Assembly: GCF_009914755.1 (NCBI RefSeq)
Contig: NC_060934.1
Strand: one strand, 5' to 3'
Origin: the human T2T-CHM13v2.0 reference genome, Homo sapiens
Length of the DNA: 64,000 nucleotides
Shown here: in pieces, positions 1 to 13,895 of the stretch
How positions within the stretch are numbered: position 1 is the first letter of the stretch
How the letters are laid out: every line of letters begins with the position of its first letter
Position numbers and translations under genes: made by a program
The notes under the pieces: model-generated
Database searches by the model: none
What the model saw: only the letters and a program-made list of their open reading frames with translations
Told to the model about the DNA's origin: nothing

Positions 1-289
1 GGAAGGGGAAGGAGAGGAGGGGAATTCTGGGCAAGAATACCAGGATAGGGAACAAGGAAGGAATGAATGCAGTGTGCTATAGCACTGTGAAGAGAACTTC
101 TGTGCTAGCAGACTTCTAACCAAAACCTCTAGTTAACAACTAGAAAATTCTGTCAGAAAAGGTCTTCACAGGCAAGGACTTCATCTCTTTCGCTTATCAC
201 CATGTCCTTGGTGTCTATAAAAATACTTAATACAGAGTAGGTAGCCAACACATATAATTCAATGCCTAAATGTTGTATTTCATGTAGAC

Positions 290-474
290 CTGTGGCTCTC
301 AAAGTGTCGTCCCTGGACCAGCATTATCGACATCATGTGGGAACTTGCTAGAAATAAAAATTCTCAGGCCCCACTCCAGACCTACTGAATCAGAAACTCT
401 AGAATTGGGCCCCGGAGTCCATAGTTTAACAAACTCTCCAGGTGATTCTGATGCACATTGAATTTATAAACCAC
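290..474. mobile_element. MER5A-like hAT-Charlie MITE
   Basis: Typical MER5A motifs: 'ctctcaaagtgt..ccctggaccagca', 'gacctactgaatcagaaactct', 'ccaggtgattctgatgcac'. Confidence 0.8.
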
Positions 475-788
475 ACCGAGTGCTGTGGCTCGCATCTGTA
501 ATCCCAGCATTTTGGGAGGCCAAGGCGGATCACTAGAGGTCAGGAGTTTGAGACTAGCCTGGCCAACATGGTGAAAACCCATCTCTACTAAAAATAGAAA
601 AATTAGCCAGGTGTGGTGGCACATGCCTATAGTCCCAGATTCTTGGGAGGCTGAGGTGGAAGGATCACCTGAGCCTGGGGAAGTTGAGGCTGCAGTGAAC
701 CATGATTGTGCCACTGCATTCCAGCCTGTATGACAAAGAGAGATCCGGCCTCAAAAACAAACAACAAGCAAACAACAACAACAAAAAA
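475..788 (+). mobile_element. AluJ-type SINE
   Basis: Dimeric Alu with J-type 'gaggctgcagtgaaccatgattgtgccactgc' and an (AAC)-rich tail. Confidence 0.9.
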
Positions 789-1419
789 GTATGAACCTTG
801 GATGTAGACCAAAGCCTGATTATGGCAATTTTCTTCCTGCCTCCAAAAGCTGTGATACTCTTCCTAGAGTGCTCTAAAAGGGAGAATAGGAATATTTATT
901 CTTTAAATGCTGGCAAGTAACATCTGAAACACTTAAGCGCTGGTAGTGACATCTTTGCATTTTAAAGAACACAGTTGTCTAAATCCAAATAAGTAAAACT
1001 AGATTTATCCATTCATCAGGACTTAGAGTGTCTCTCACAGCAAGAGGAGGACCCCAGCCTCTGGGAAGATAATACTACCAAAAAACCAAAAGTGAATTTA
1101 AAAATATGAATTAAATGATGAAGTACTAGTTTAAGATGGCTGACTGACCCAAGCATTTTCCCTTCTAAAAGTCCAATAAAATAATAATAAAAGAACAACT
1201 CATAAGAGCAAAGAGAATGGAAAGGACACTAGAACCATTTCAATTAATGCCTGAAAAGTGGAAGAGAACAGAAAACGGTGGGACCTTCTTGGAACAACTT
1301 GAAGGAATGAGTGTTGCTGTTAGTAAATGCCTGATGCAGATTCCTGAGGAGCTGAGGCCTTAAGAGTAGCAAGTCTCCCTCTATTCCTGAAGTAAATAAG
1401 TGTTCTCCACGATATTTCA

Positions 1420-1675
<256 letters not shown>

Positions 1676-1714
1676 AAAAACCTAGAGAACTGAAAGAGAC
1701 ATTGAAAATTGAAA

Positions 1715-1855
1715 TTCTAAACTCCATATTGACCAAATAAGGAAACTGAGGCATAAGGAAGTTAACAGATGATTATCCCTGGTAACATACTGGTTACTAA
1801 CAAACCTAAGAATCCACCGATCTTTCTCTGAGAGTGCCTTCTATCATATCCCATT
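1715..1855. mobile_element. MIR fragment
   Basis: MIR core 'aaggaaactgaggcataaggaagttaa'. Confidence 0.65.
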
Positions 1856-4329
1856 GCCTATCTCAATTCACCAGGATTGCCAAAGCCTTCCATGATGAAG
1901 TGCCACATCACATGGATCTCTATCACACTGTTTCGTGAGATGTAGACAAGAATACTGAACTAGGTCATAACACTCATACGCCCCAGCTCTGAGCACATGT
2001 GATGTTGATCCATTAATCTGTATTGTGTTTGTGGTGGGATCTACAGTGTGTTGGGGGTGGGGCAAATGGAGATGAGGTTGTTAATTTGCATTTTCAAGTC
2101 TTTCTTTTTCATTTTAAAAATTATGTATGCTCATTAAATAAATTATCCCAGTAACTGTAGAGTATTATTTGATGTTTAAACATCCCTTGGAACTCACTAC
2201 TATTCGTGCTTTGTTTAATATTCTATTTAATAGTCTTATGAATTTATCAAACAATCAGCATTTCTTTAATCATTAAACAATTAACATTCCTTTAAATATT
2301 TGTGCAAACCTTACAACTAAAAAAAATTAAAATATGGATCCATCAAATAAAAATTTCCCAAATATTTAAATATTGATTGCTAATGTAAATACTTCTAAAT
2401 ATTTTATTAAAACCACAATTTTACCATAACAAATTATCTTTAGCATTTAAACACTTAAAAAGAAGACACACAAATACACACTATTAAAGTGATGAAAAGC
2501 TGATTTGTACCCTGAAACTGAAACTAGTTCCCTAAATGTTAATGCCATAGACTTAAGTACCAGTAAGTTATTTACATTTCTTCTCAGGCTTGCCTTCCTT
2601 AAATGTCTGTAATTTCAGTATTCTTATACCTCATTAGACTGAAGGAAAAGGACCAGTCTCAAAAAGTGACAGTTATGGTACCTGGGTAATGAATGGATTG
2701 ACATTTGATCTGCTGCAGTATCTAAGGTAGTCTTCATTTTCTCCTTTTTATGATAAAGTTTCATTTGTTACATCATGGCAGTTTTAACTTTCTGTCTTTC
2801 ACACAGATTTAAATATTACAAACCTAGTGCTTTTCCAAAAATGATTTATTCTTTAGTTGGGCACAGCTGGTAGTAGCTAACACATTGACTTGCCATTTTG
2901 ATACATTGATTCTGCCTATTAGCATTATGAAACAGTAATATAAATCTTACTGGTATTTTATTTAAAATGAAACTTATTGGTATTTTATGAAACCTAAGAG
3001 GGCTATCTAGAGCAGAACTTTGCAACCGGCATAATATGTAATTGCCCATTCCTATGTGTGAATGACACGGTGCCACCATATAGATCCCTTCTGCCCTGAG
3101 CTGCTTGGAGCCTGGAGTGTTCAGGAAATGTGGAAGAGGGGAGAGAGAGAAGGGGACATCAAAAGCAGCCTTATAGTGTGTCATGAATTAATGTTTTGTT
3201 GGATAAATATCATCATTTTCTCTGTGTGCCATGAAATGAAAGGTTTGGGAAGCACTGGTCAGGAGGATTCACCTCCAAAAGGGGAGACTGAGTCTGCCTA
3301 GTTGTTTCTCTTCTGTAGGACATAAGGCTTACTTGTCCTTTTGGAACACACTGTGGCATGTCCCTTCTACTTGATTATTTTGTGTGACCCCTCCTGATGG
3401 ACTGCAGGACCCTGTTTTGCCAGTTTTAATTGGTGTTTCTTATTCTTCTTATAGTACATACCTATTTTCCTCAGAATTGCATACAATTCTATTTATTCTT
3501 TCCTCCTGAAACAGAAAATAACAGGTAGTGAACTGTAAATTATGGATTATTTCTTATTAAGAAGAGAAGCAAAATATTTGTATTTAATTATATACCCTTA
3601 ATTTATAAAACCAAAAAGAAATTAAAACAGCCTATCATATTAACCCTCTTTGTATTACAATGATGTTTTGTTTTTATACACTTTATATCAACTTTACCTT
3701 TTTTGTGTCACTAGAAACTAATAATTTTTCCTAGAGAGTTGCAACTTACTTTGATGAAACATTGTGTTACTCATTTTATCTTATCTATTTTGTTGAGTTC
3801 AACCTAGTTAAGGGAAGCCTCTTTAAGTTGTCTCTTTTGCCTTTTGAACATTGCCTCTGTCATTTTATAAAAAGATGCATGCTGTCTCAGACTCATCCTG
3901 ACATTTCCCTGACCCCACGACGTGGAATCAACTACCTTTTAAAGGCTCTTGGTGCCCTTTAGTGCAGAAAGTGAGAGAGAGTTTACATAGAATGTTGAAC
4001 TTTAGTGTAGTATGTTTCTAAATGCTACTTTTCGTAGAGTATGTGGCTTTATCAATCCCTAATATTCCTTTCCACATTGACAAAAGCAGCAACAACAACA
4101 ACATCCTATGATCCCATTATCCCCACCACCACCAAAAATTGATATTGTTTGTAGGTCCTGCAGGCTTTTTTTCTCGAACAAACCTTTGACTTAGTATGTT
4201 CATCTTTTAAATAGGGACGATTCTTCAATATAACAGGTAGTTGACAGGATTAAAGGAAATTTAAAAAGACCCTGAAAATGAAAACTATTTTTATTTTCTA
4301 CTCCTACTGTATTCTACTCATACATGATC

Positions 4330-4680
4330 CTCTCAAGATTCCTAGGACACCCCTATGCTTCTCTATTTCCTTATCTTTGTTCTCCTGCTAACATGGCTTT
4401 TTAAAAATGTGTACCAGGCTTAGCTTAAAAGCAGCTTCCTTTGGGAGCAGTCTGAGGTGTTCAGGCAGAATGAGTCCTTTCTTTGCCGTGTTTCAGGAGT
4501 ACCCCAGTGATTCTGCTTTTAAAATCATTGATTATGTGTATTTATTCACATGTCCATCTCTCCTAATAAGGTAAGTTTGTGGAGGGCAGAGATCATATTT
4601 TGTTCATCTTTAAATACAAAGAGCTGCACATACTACCTTGTGTGAAGTAAACAAGAGATGTTTACTGAATTGATTGTTGA
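4330..4680 (+). mobile_element. L2 3' fragment
   Basis: 'gagggcagagatcatattttgttcatcttt...tgtttactgaattga', the L2 3' terminus pattern. Confidence 0.6.
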
Positions 4681-4867
4681 TTGGGTTAAATCACTCATTG
4701 ATTGGGTTAGGTCACTGATTTTCTATTATCGTGCAATTAAACAAACCCAAAGAGTTATTGACAGGGAGGATGAATAATTATTTCTAACACTAGAATTACT
4801 CTGATATGATCAGGCTCCTAAAATTGAAGTGTATGCTTCTTAAACTGTGGAATGGAATCACCTAAGA

Positions 4868-5217
4868 CAGGGATCCCCAACCCCTGGGCCATGGACCGGC
4901 ACTGGTCTGTGGCCTGTTAGGAACCGGGCCGCACAGCAGGAGGTGAGTGGTGGGTGAGCTAGCATTACCACCTGAGCTCTGCCTCCTGTCATATCAGCGG
5001 CGGCATTAGATTTCCATAGGAGCTGGAACCCTATTGTGAACTGCTCGTGGGAGGGATCTGAGTTGTACCCTCCTTATGAGAATCTAACTAATGCCTGATG
5101 ATCTGAGGTGAGATGTAACAGTTTCATCTTGAAACCATCTCCACTCCAACCCCCGTCCATGGGAAAAGTGTCTTCCGCAAAACCAGTCCCTGATGTCAAA
5201 AAGGTTGGGGACTGCTG
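4868..5217 (+). mobile_element. MER1B hAT MITE nested inside a MER5-like element (host ~4833-5360)
   Basis: TIRs 'cagggatccccaacc' and 'ggttggggactgctg'; exact 8-bp hAT TSD acctaaga at 4860-4867 and 5218-5225. Confidence 0.9.
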
Positions 5218-6624
5218 ACCTAAGAGACTTGTGAAAAATGCAGGTACCAGACTCCACCCTAGACCTAGTAGCCTGAATCTCTGGTGACAAGGCAGGCAAT
5301 CTGCAGTTTTGACATTTTCTCAGGTGACTATTATACCCATCAATGTTTCAGAACCACTGCCTTGGGAAATCCTGGCTCTTACCACACCCAATGCAGAGAT
5401 CAATCCTAATTCAGAGGTCCATGACCTTATGATAAGGTGTTTCTGATGCGAGGGTAGATACATCTCCCAGGATGAGAACCAAGGTGGGCATGATAAAGCT
5501 AGGAAGGAGGTCCTTTTTAATTCCTAGTACTATCTCATACTGACTAGTGAGCTTTTAGAATAAACCACTCATGGACCAATGATTCTGTCCATGCAACTGT
5601 TGTTTACTGACATGGATGTGGGCTTTGGCACCAGAGTGGGTGGATTTGATTTGGCTCCCAGAATTATCACATGCTGGCTGTATGACCAGACGCAGGTGAA
5701 TAAGGGTCTCTGAGTTTCCATTTTTGTTTTCTCTAAAATGAAGATGTAAGAACCCCTTTCACTCACAAGATTATGGTAAAAACTGTGAGAGGCAATGACA
5801 TATGTAAAAATGTTTTATTAAACCTCAAAATGGTCTCTGTTAATTATTTTCAGTGCATAGACCAACTTAAAAGGTTCACTTCTAGATCATGTGTTTGACA
5901 GCTCCCAGCTACTCATGGCTGATAAAGTGGACCCTGAGTGTCAACTTCACCATAGACACAAATGACATCTATGATGTGACTGGGGACAGACCCTGTTACT
6001 AGTCATGGAGCACGGTATGAGTAATCACTTGGTCCCTCAGGTGTTCAGCCATAAAATTAGAGTTGAGTTGTCCATTTACGTAGATGAAAATGCGCCATAC
6101 AGCCCATGCCATGGATAACTATCATGTCCATGTAAGTCACTAACATTGCTCTGCTTTGAAGAGTATTAGAGCTCCTCTTTTGCTAAATGCCAGGGAAAAT
6201 GTATCATTCAGTTCAGAAGTGGATATTGGGCACTTACGATATGTAAGGAGCTATATGGCTCAGAATAAACACTTTGAAAATTGAAATAAAGAAGGACATC
6301 TCATCTGTTGAATTAGAACTGACCATTTGTGATGGCTCAGATGCCGCCTTCTGCTGCAGAACGAGCTAAGGAACTACATTTTGCCTCACTTAGTCACCTT
6401 CGTTATTCCTTTCTGCAGGCTCCAGAGTCCCCAGAATTGCACCTGCACAGATAGCCACTCAATATTTGTTGAATTGAATGTATACTTCTTATCCAAAAGA
6501 TCTTCATCTAAGACACCTTACACTGGTGAATGTGGTGGTTATAATGTAATACTTCTCTTTAAAACTCCAAGTTCCACAGATAGCTTAGACAGAATCTCTT
6601 ATTTGGATGGGTCCTTGACAATCT

Positions 6625-6790
6625 AGCATTTTCCAAAATGCATTCCATGGAACACTAATCCTGTGAGATACTCCTTGAAAGGGAGGGTTCCATTGTCAAA
6701 TAACTTTAGGAAACATTGCCCACCTCCTCTTGGGAGGTCTCAATGCAAAATGGCATATTAAAGCCTCTGAGAAGTCCTGCAGCAATCCCG
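6625..6790. mobile_element. hAT-Charlie fragment (MER103-like)
   Basis: 'ttccatggaacactaatcc...aaataactttaggaaac...ctctgagaagtcctgcag' resembles recalled MER103C. Confidence 0.55.
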
Positions 6791-6814
6791 TATTTTGTTT
6801 TTATTTTGAGAACC

Positions 6815-7262
6815 TGTTTTTAAAATTAATTGTTTTTAATTGACAAATAAAAATTACATATATTTATCATGTCCAACATGTGTTTTGAAATATGTGTAGT
6901 TTGTGAAATGGCTAAATTAGGCTAATTAACATATGCATTACCTCACATATTTATCATTTTTCTGTGGTTGTGAGAACTCTTAAAATGTACTCTCAGCAAT
7001 TTTCAAGAACACAATACATTGTTGTAAACTATACTTGCCATGTTGAATGTTAGATCTCTTGAACCTGTTCCTTCTGTCTCACTGAAATGTTGATCCTTTG
7101 ACCATCTCCCCAGTCTCCCCTTCCTTACCAGTTGCTGGTCACCTCTATTTGCTCTCTGCTTTCACGAGTTCGACTTCTTTAGATTCCACAAGAAAGTGGT
7201 ATCGTGTGGTATCTGCCTTTCTGTGCCTGGCTTATTTCACCTAATATAATGTCCTCCAGGTT
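6815..7262 (-). mobile_element. L1MA-type 3' end fragment
   Basis: Antisense L1MA 3'UTR motifs: 'aacatatgcattacctcacata', 'ttagattccaca', 'tttctgtgcctggcttatttcac'. Confidence 0.85.
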
Positions 7263-8129
7263 TGACAGCATGATAATATGTGACACAATTGGGTAAATTT
7301 TGCTCTTTCTTGTTATGTCAGCTTCCTACACCTCTGCTGGTGTGACACAGGCTGTGCCTCCTGTAAGGCAGCCATCCCCTTTTAGGCTTTTAGTTGCCAC
7401 TTTCTGCCTGTGACATGTTTGTCTCTAGACAAACCTAACTCCCTGACTAATCTCATGGTGATACTGTGGCCTCTGGTTGCCCTTCAAGGTAAACATTAAA
7501 GGCATTTTTTTTTCTACAAATTAACTCATTTTTGAGTAGTCAATAAGTTCTAATGTTTCAAACATCAAGAGGTAAGAAAAGGTGTTCAAAGAGAAGTTTC
7601 CTTCCCACCTACCCCAGGTGTTCAGTTCCCACTTTTTATCACCAACACCACTAGAAGTAATTACTGCTTTTAATTTCTTCTTTAACCTTCCAGGCTTAGG
7701 CATATCCGTGCTGATATATATCACACACACATAAGTGGTGTCCATTCTCATTTACAGAAATAGTGCTTATTATATACATTTTTTTAAGAACAATAATTGT
7801 CATCGGCCTAAAAGATGTAAATTTCACAAAATTAGATTCTATTTCCTTAATTTCCTCATATGCAGAAATGAATAAAGATTTAAAAATATGTTTGTGGAAG
7901 GCTTTGAGCTTTGAGGTCTTGCATTTGGCAAACCAAGGTCTCCTATAGGACGAGAGGCCCCCAGCAGGACTAGTGGTATGTGTCAAGTTCTTGGATGAGC
8001 AAACCAAAGCACAAGGCCTCCTTTCAACCTTGCCATGGTAGAGGCATGGAAAGACCTCTGTGACTCCTCAATGCTTCACTGCTGATATGAAATATGCATT
8101 CTGCAAAAGCAAGCTTTAAACATAAAATA

Positions 8130-8412
8130 AGCCAGGTGCAGTGGCTCAGCACTGTAATCTCAGCACTTTGGGAGGAGGTCAGGAGTTTCAGACCAGCCTG
8201 GACAACATAGCAAGACCCCATTTCTAAAAAAAAAAAATTAAGAAATTGGCCACATGCAGTGGTGCACACCTGTAGTCCCAGCTACTCGGGAGGCTGAGGT
8301 GGAAGAATTGCTTGAGTCTGGGAGTTCAAGGCTGCAGTGATGGCACCATTGCACACCAGCGTGGTGGATGACAGAGCCACGAGACTCTGACTCTAAAAAA
8401 AAAACAAAAAAA
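8130..8412 (+). mobile_element. AluJ-type SINE
   Basis: Alu with 'ggagttcaaggctgcagtga' and an internal deletion in the left arm. Confidence 0.88.
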
Positions 8413-8414
8413 CC

Positions 8415-8701
8415 GGCTGGGCATGGTGGGCTCATGTCTGTAATCCCAGCAGTTTGGGAGGATGAGGCCGGTGGATCACTTGAGGTCAAGACTTCGAGAC
8501 CAGCCTGGCCAACATGGTGAAACCCCGTCTCTACTAAAAATACAAAAGTTAGCCGTGCGCGATGGCAGGCACCTGTAATCCCAGCTACACAGGAGGCTGA
8601 GGCAGGAGAATCACTTGAACCTGGAAGGCGGAGGTTGCAGTAAGCAGAGATGGGCCATAGAGTGAGACTGAATCAAGAAGAACCCAAAAAACAAAAAAAC
8701 C
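8415..8701 (+). mobile_element. AluS-type SINE inserted in the tail of the preceding AluJ
   Basis: Alu body flanked on both sides by TSD aaaaaacaaaaaaacc. Confidence 0.88.
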
Positions 8702-8894
8702 CCAAAACCCATACAATACAAAAGCATATTTGCCAAATAGAAAATGTCAGTGTCATTAGAAAGCTAATAAGTAGGAGCCTAGGGAGAGGGAAAAGATAGC
8801 TACAGATGTCGCACTGAGTGAAACTTTCTCAGCAACTGCTGCTTTTTTTCAATTTTAATACCACGGAAGCAGAGACTTTGACCTATCGTCAAGG

Positions 8895-9130
8895 CAGGAT
8901 TGCAGAATGGTTCCGGGGATTTAAAGTCAGTCAGGATTGTTTTCATGTCTCAACTGTGCCACTTACTTTTTGTGTGCCCTTGGGCAAGTTACCTAATCTC
9001 TCTGTGCCTCAGTCTCATCAACTGTAAAACGGAAGCAATAGGAATACCTACCTCACTGGACTATTGTGAAGGTTATGGGAGATGGTGCTTATAAGGAGCC
9101 TAGCCAAGAACTTGACTCACATGGGTTAAT
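8895..9130 (+). mobile_element. MIR
   Basis: 'ccttgggcaagttacctaatctctctgtgcctcagtctcatcaactgtaaaacgg' MIR core. Confidence 0.8.
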
Positions 9131-12118
9131 ATGTACTGAACAGAGGTAATTTTTAAGGGGATTTTGTTAGCCCATGCAAGTAACAATTCATTCGCTTGAA
9201 AGTTCAGACCGAGAGCAGATTGTTGAGTTTTTGGTTGTTGTTGATATTTGAGCTCTTCTTTTGCTACTGCCTTAGAAGGTCCTAATTCATCCAGTATATT
9301 TGGAGCTAATTGTATTCATTGCTAAACAACAATTTCAGTTCCAATGGGTGACAGAATCAAATTCTTTCACATTATCTTAGTCCCTGGAAATGGGTTAGTG
9401 GACCAGAGTCATCTTGTTAATTCGCAGAAATGGCCGAGAGAGGGATCCATTCCAAATCTTATCCATTAACTCCATGGAAACCGGACTGAATCCATGTTCT
9501 TTACATAGAGTGGAAATGATACTTGGGAAGTTCCACAGTCTGAAATCCAGCTCTATAATAAGAACCATGTTGCTGATGTCAGCAGCTAGGAAGCTGCAGG
9601 GTATTGAAAGTCTTTGGGACTCCAGCATCCACTCATATTTATAGCAATGTTGCTTTTTTACCCTTGAAATGACACATCGTCTTAGAATTTTAAAGAGTGT
9701 TTCAAATCTGAGCTGGCTGAGCCCATTTGCAAGCCCATGGAGGAGCTGTGCTATTGAAGAAGTAGCTGTCACCTTACAAATGAGGAATAGAGTTACATCA
9801 GAAACTACTCATCCACAAATTTCTTTAGAAGTAGGATCTTCAGACAGTTCTCAGACACTGGAGGAAGTCTAAGTCTTTGGAACCCACCACAGTATAAGTG
9901 AAGGAGACAAATTCTTTCACGTGTGGCCAGTGAAATAACAGCTAACTGAACTTGACAACATTTCAAAACATTCCCAGGAAATATGCAAGATATGGATGAG
10001 TAGCTACTAAATGTAGGTATACATGTCTCATTTTACATCCTTTGAGATAAATAGTATGAAAAAATAGTACTTAATATCTTTTTGGATGATTCTGTTCTGG
10101 AATCACCTAAATGACATGAAAATTGTCATCTGTTATGAATGAGAATAATAACCTCACGAAGTAATTTTTATCCTAAATTCAGATTCTGTCTGCTTTTCCC
10201 TCCCCTCTCTTTCCACATGCTGTAATGGGATAAATGATGTTTTCAATTAGGGAGGGATGGGAAAAATTAAGAAGCTTTAGGAAAAGTATATCCTGAATTT
10301 CCAAAAGCTGTCTAGGTCAGTCGAGAGTCTAGTCAGAAAGTGTATTCATCCTGCCTGGATATTTCCATTGACGGCGGAAGCGAGGCAGGGACAGCTGAAG
10401 ATGATTACACTTGTGACCCTTTCCCAGGGAGATCCTAAAGTTGAAGGTACTTTGGAGGCTCGCAGCTTGTTACCATTTTGCCTTTATTTCTCTGTGTAAG
10501 CAGTCATGCTGAATGAATTTGTGATGCACTTAATAAACACTTGGGGGAATGATTTCTTGCTTCCTCGAGCCATGTTTTTAAATCTGGTCTACACCACCCT
10601 TCAAAATATGAAAGAAAAAAATATCCTTCATAAACCAAATGACTGTTTTTCTCAACATGGGTGAAGATTGTTTTCATTCTGTATGTGTTATGGAAAAGAA
10701 TATGCAGGAGCAGGATGGCCACTAAATTCGGAGTCAGCCCTACCTGTAGGTGAGTGGGGGGTGGTTTGAGAAGTATAATAAAGTCTAGAAATGTAAGGTC
10801 ATATTATTCCTTCTCTGTTTGGTGAGCCCATCAGACTCCATAATAGTCCTCGACTGGTGTCCCAAGAACACTGCTCCACAACTGAGAAAATACACTATCC
10901 AATCTCCTCAAGACTTGCTCAACTTAGACATGCATTCTTTCTCTTTCAAAACTTGTTGTGTAAAACTATATAATGACTGCATACTCTCTCTTACAAAAAA
11001 CAAAACAGGGAACTTATATTCTGCTTATATTGAAGCTGAATGATTTGCTTCTCCCAGTCAGCTGAGCTCCTTCACTCAGGTGGGCTTCAGCCAACTTGGC
11101 CTGTATGCTCTTCAGGTGAAATGCCCAGATGGCTCAAATAACCAGCTTCAACCAGTTATCCCATGGTTTTGCATGCAGAGGCTTCACCTTAAGTAAATCC
11201 TATAGCATATTAGTTATAAAATTTTATTGATTTTTAGCAGAAAAATTTCTGAGAACACAATTTTAGTTTTCATAGAAGGGCAATGTGCAATGTTTTCCCA
11301 ATGTTCTGTGTAATGCAGCTTAATCTAGATTATTCTGTTGACAGAGTATATTGTATGTAAAAGGAAGATAGGTTCAAGTTCAAGTTCAGAGTTGTTGGTT
11401 TTACAGTAGTATTCTATTATGTATTTATATGCTTCTAAATATCACTAATCTTAGAGCAAACCAATTGTTTAAGGATACTATAGCATTGCCAAATAGCCAA
11501 ACAATGTTTCACTATCGGCTATAGCATCTGAACTTTCCTCCAGAAATTCACATACTTATTTTACTTAAGACAATGAGAAGGAAAAATTAGAATGTTCCAA
11601 AATCATAAGACTCCTTTTGTGGGGAATGCATTGCTGACTGTGTCTGCAATAAGACATTTGCAGACCTGGCTTTCCTGTGAAGGGAATTTTATTGGCTTCA
11701 CAGATACCTGTGTCAGTGCTGCAGGAGAACATCATACAACATGCATGCTTCATGTGGCCATTTAAGCTTTATTTAAATAATCACAGTGAGGTGTTTTCAA
11801 TTTAGCAACTGTAAAATGTATTACATATTTCCAGTTAGATAGGTTTTGGTTTTGAAAGATGCTTAATTCGTCTCCTAGAACTTATCACTTTAGGCTTTGC
11901 TTTCCTTTCTCTCTCTTCTATTACTAAGAACTCTTTTATTTCCTTCTATCTGGGATCTTTTTTCTCCTATTACGGCTTTCCCTTTTACCTCCCTGTTAGC
12001 CTAGTTGTTCACTAGAATATTCCTCCAGTGTAGTTTTGTCCTAGTTGTACAGTATAGAGTAGCAGGGATGGTGGTGATATTAGTTGTACATAACAAAGAA
12101 TAATTTGTAATAATAACA

Positions 12119-12176
12119 TTAGGTTGGCGCCCTTACTTTAATGGCAAAACCTGCAATTATGTTTGCACCAACCGAA
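12119..12176. mobile_element. MADE1 (Hsmar1-derived MITE), internally deleted
   Basis: 'ttaggttggcgc...ttactttaatggcaaaacctgcaattatgtttgcaccaaccgaa' matches MADE1 TIRs with ~20 bp missing from the left arm. Confidence 0.8.
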
Positions 12177-12289
12177 TAATAGTAACAATAGCCCCCGTAG
12201 TGGAAATAGCTTGTATTTGTCTTCCTAGTGGACAATAGGAAAGCAAATACAAGCTATTTCCACTACAGGGGCTATTACCCCATTTGGAG

Positions 12290-12695
12290 ACTTGACATTC
12301 CCTTACTCTTAACCTACATGGACCCCAAACCCAGTCCTGACCAACTAGAGCATTCCATCCCCTGGCCACAGTGACTAATTCAGGGCTGGAAGTGTGATGC
12401 AAACAGGCAATGAAGCCCCATTCCAGGATCTTCAGAAAACTCTTGGGATCTCTTTCTCCTGTGGTTGCTCAGCTGGGAAGATGTCTCACCATTCATCTTG
12501 CCATCTCATGGGGATGGTCTGCCTGAAAATGAAACCAATCAGAGACTACAGAGCCAAGACTACAGAGCCAAGTGATTAGAGAGAACCCATAGTGAAGACC
12601 ATGGATGAGCTCCTGGCCCAGATGCTGGGCCTTTTTTGCTTAAGTTAAGTTGAACTGGCTTCTGTCACTTGCCACCAGAGGAAACCTCACTGATA
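12290..12695. mobile_element. MLT1-type MaLR solo LTR (old)
   Basis: 'cattccatcccctggccacagtgact' and 'gcttaagttaagttgaactggcttctgtcacttgccaccagaggaaacctcactgata'. Confidence 0.7.
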
Positions 12696-12699
12696 AAGA

Positions 12700-12885
12700 G
12701 TTAACTGTGTCATTTATTGAGCACTGCTTGCGTGCCAGGCACCAGAATAAGTATGTTAACAGACATAGTCTCATTTAATCCACACAACAGACCTGTATTT
12801 GCTGCAATTGTGCAGATGAGGAGACGGGGATTTGAAGAGGTTAAGTAATTCTGAGGCTATCCAGCTTGTACGGAACACTAGAGCC
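12700..12885 (-). mobile_element. MIR
   Basis: 'catttattgagcactgcttgcgtgccaggcac...tctcatttaatcc...cagatgaggagac'. Confidence 0.75.
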
Positions 12886-13419
12886 TCTGCACTGGTAATA
12901 TTGATAAGGTTGAATTTAGCAACATGGGCTTGGGACATTAACTCAGAAATATTCAGGCTAGAGGGATGCCATTGGCTAGTCACTAGGGCCCTGAAAGCAT
13001 CAATTTAGGCATCCTGGAGCATCCATCGTCTTTGTGGAGCTGGTTTTGGCAGAGCCGGCCATAGATGAAATCAAAGCCAGGCAGGATTTTGCTTATGTAG
13101 CCATGGGGCCAGTTAGATCCTGGAATTCTCCATGGGGAACAAGAGTGAGGACAGTCAGTTCCAAGACTTCTGTGAAAAGACAGTATGTATATCAGGCTAC
13201 AAATAGTTCCTTCACTCCTGAGAGAATTAAGGGACCTCCTTAGGGTCTTGAGCTAAGCCCAAATTGAGTTAAATAACTGGCGAGAAGATGAGGCAGAGGT
13301 TCACCCTAGAGTCCATCCCAGCCAGCATTTGTGGCTTGCAATTGATTTGTCATGGTCTGGCCCAGGGCGAGGTGAGGTCATTGTTGTGAAGGTAAAAAAT
13401 GATCCAAATGCATTCACCA

Positions 13420-13895
13420 TGCCAGGCCTGGGCCTACTCGCCCTCATATCTATTCCTTGCCCTTCCTCTGCTCTGCCTTGCTGTGGGGCTGACCCCTGCA
13501 GGCTGCCTTCCCCAGGTTCCTGTGTGAGATGGCTTCTGCCTGGTGCAGTCAACAACAGGCACTGGTGAGGCATTGGCAGTGGGGAGTGAGGGTAAGTTTG
13601 GGTGTTTCTCCCTCTCATTCTCTGCCTCAAACTCATTCTCCAGCAACAGCTGGGTCTCCTCCATAGCTCCAGATTCCACAGATCAGACCCACCTTGGTTC
13701 CACCTCTGCCTCCTCACCCCAGCCTCAGTGCCTCTGGAAATGCTGCTTTCAACCTAGGAGCTATGGAGGGCCTCCTGCTGGTGCTCATCTCCGGGTCATT
13801 GGATTGTCCTTCCTTGGCATCTCAGCTCTTCTATCACCTCTGTAACTAATTTCTGTTGGAAATGCTTGTAGCATTTCTTGTTTTCTTGGTTTGCC
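13420..13895. mobile_element. ERVL LTR (LTR33-like)
   Basis: 'cccttcctctgctctgccttgctgtggggctgacccctgcaggctgc...ggcttctgcctgg' resembles recalled LTR33-family consensus. Confidence 0.6.
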
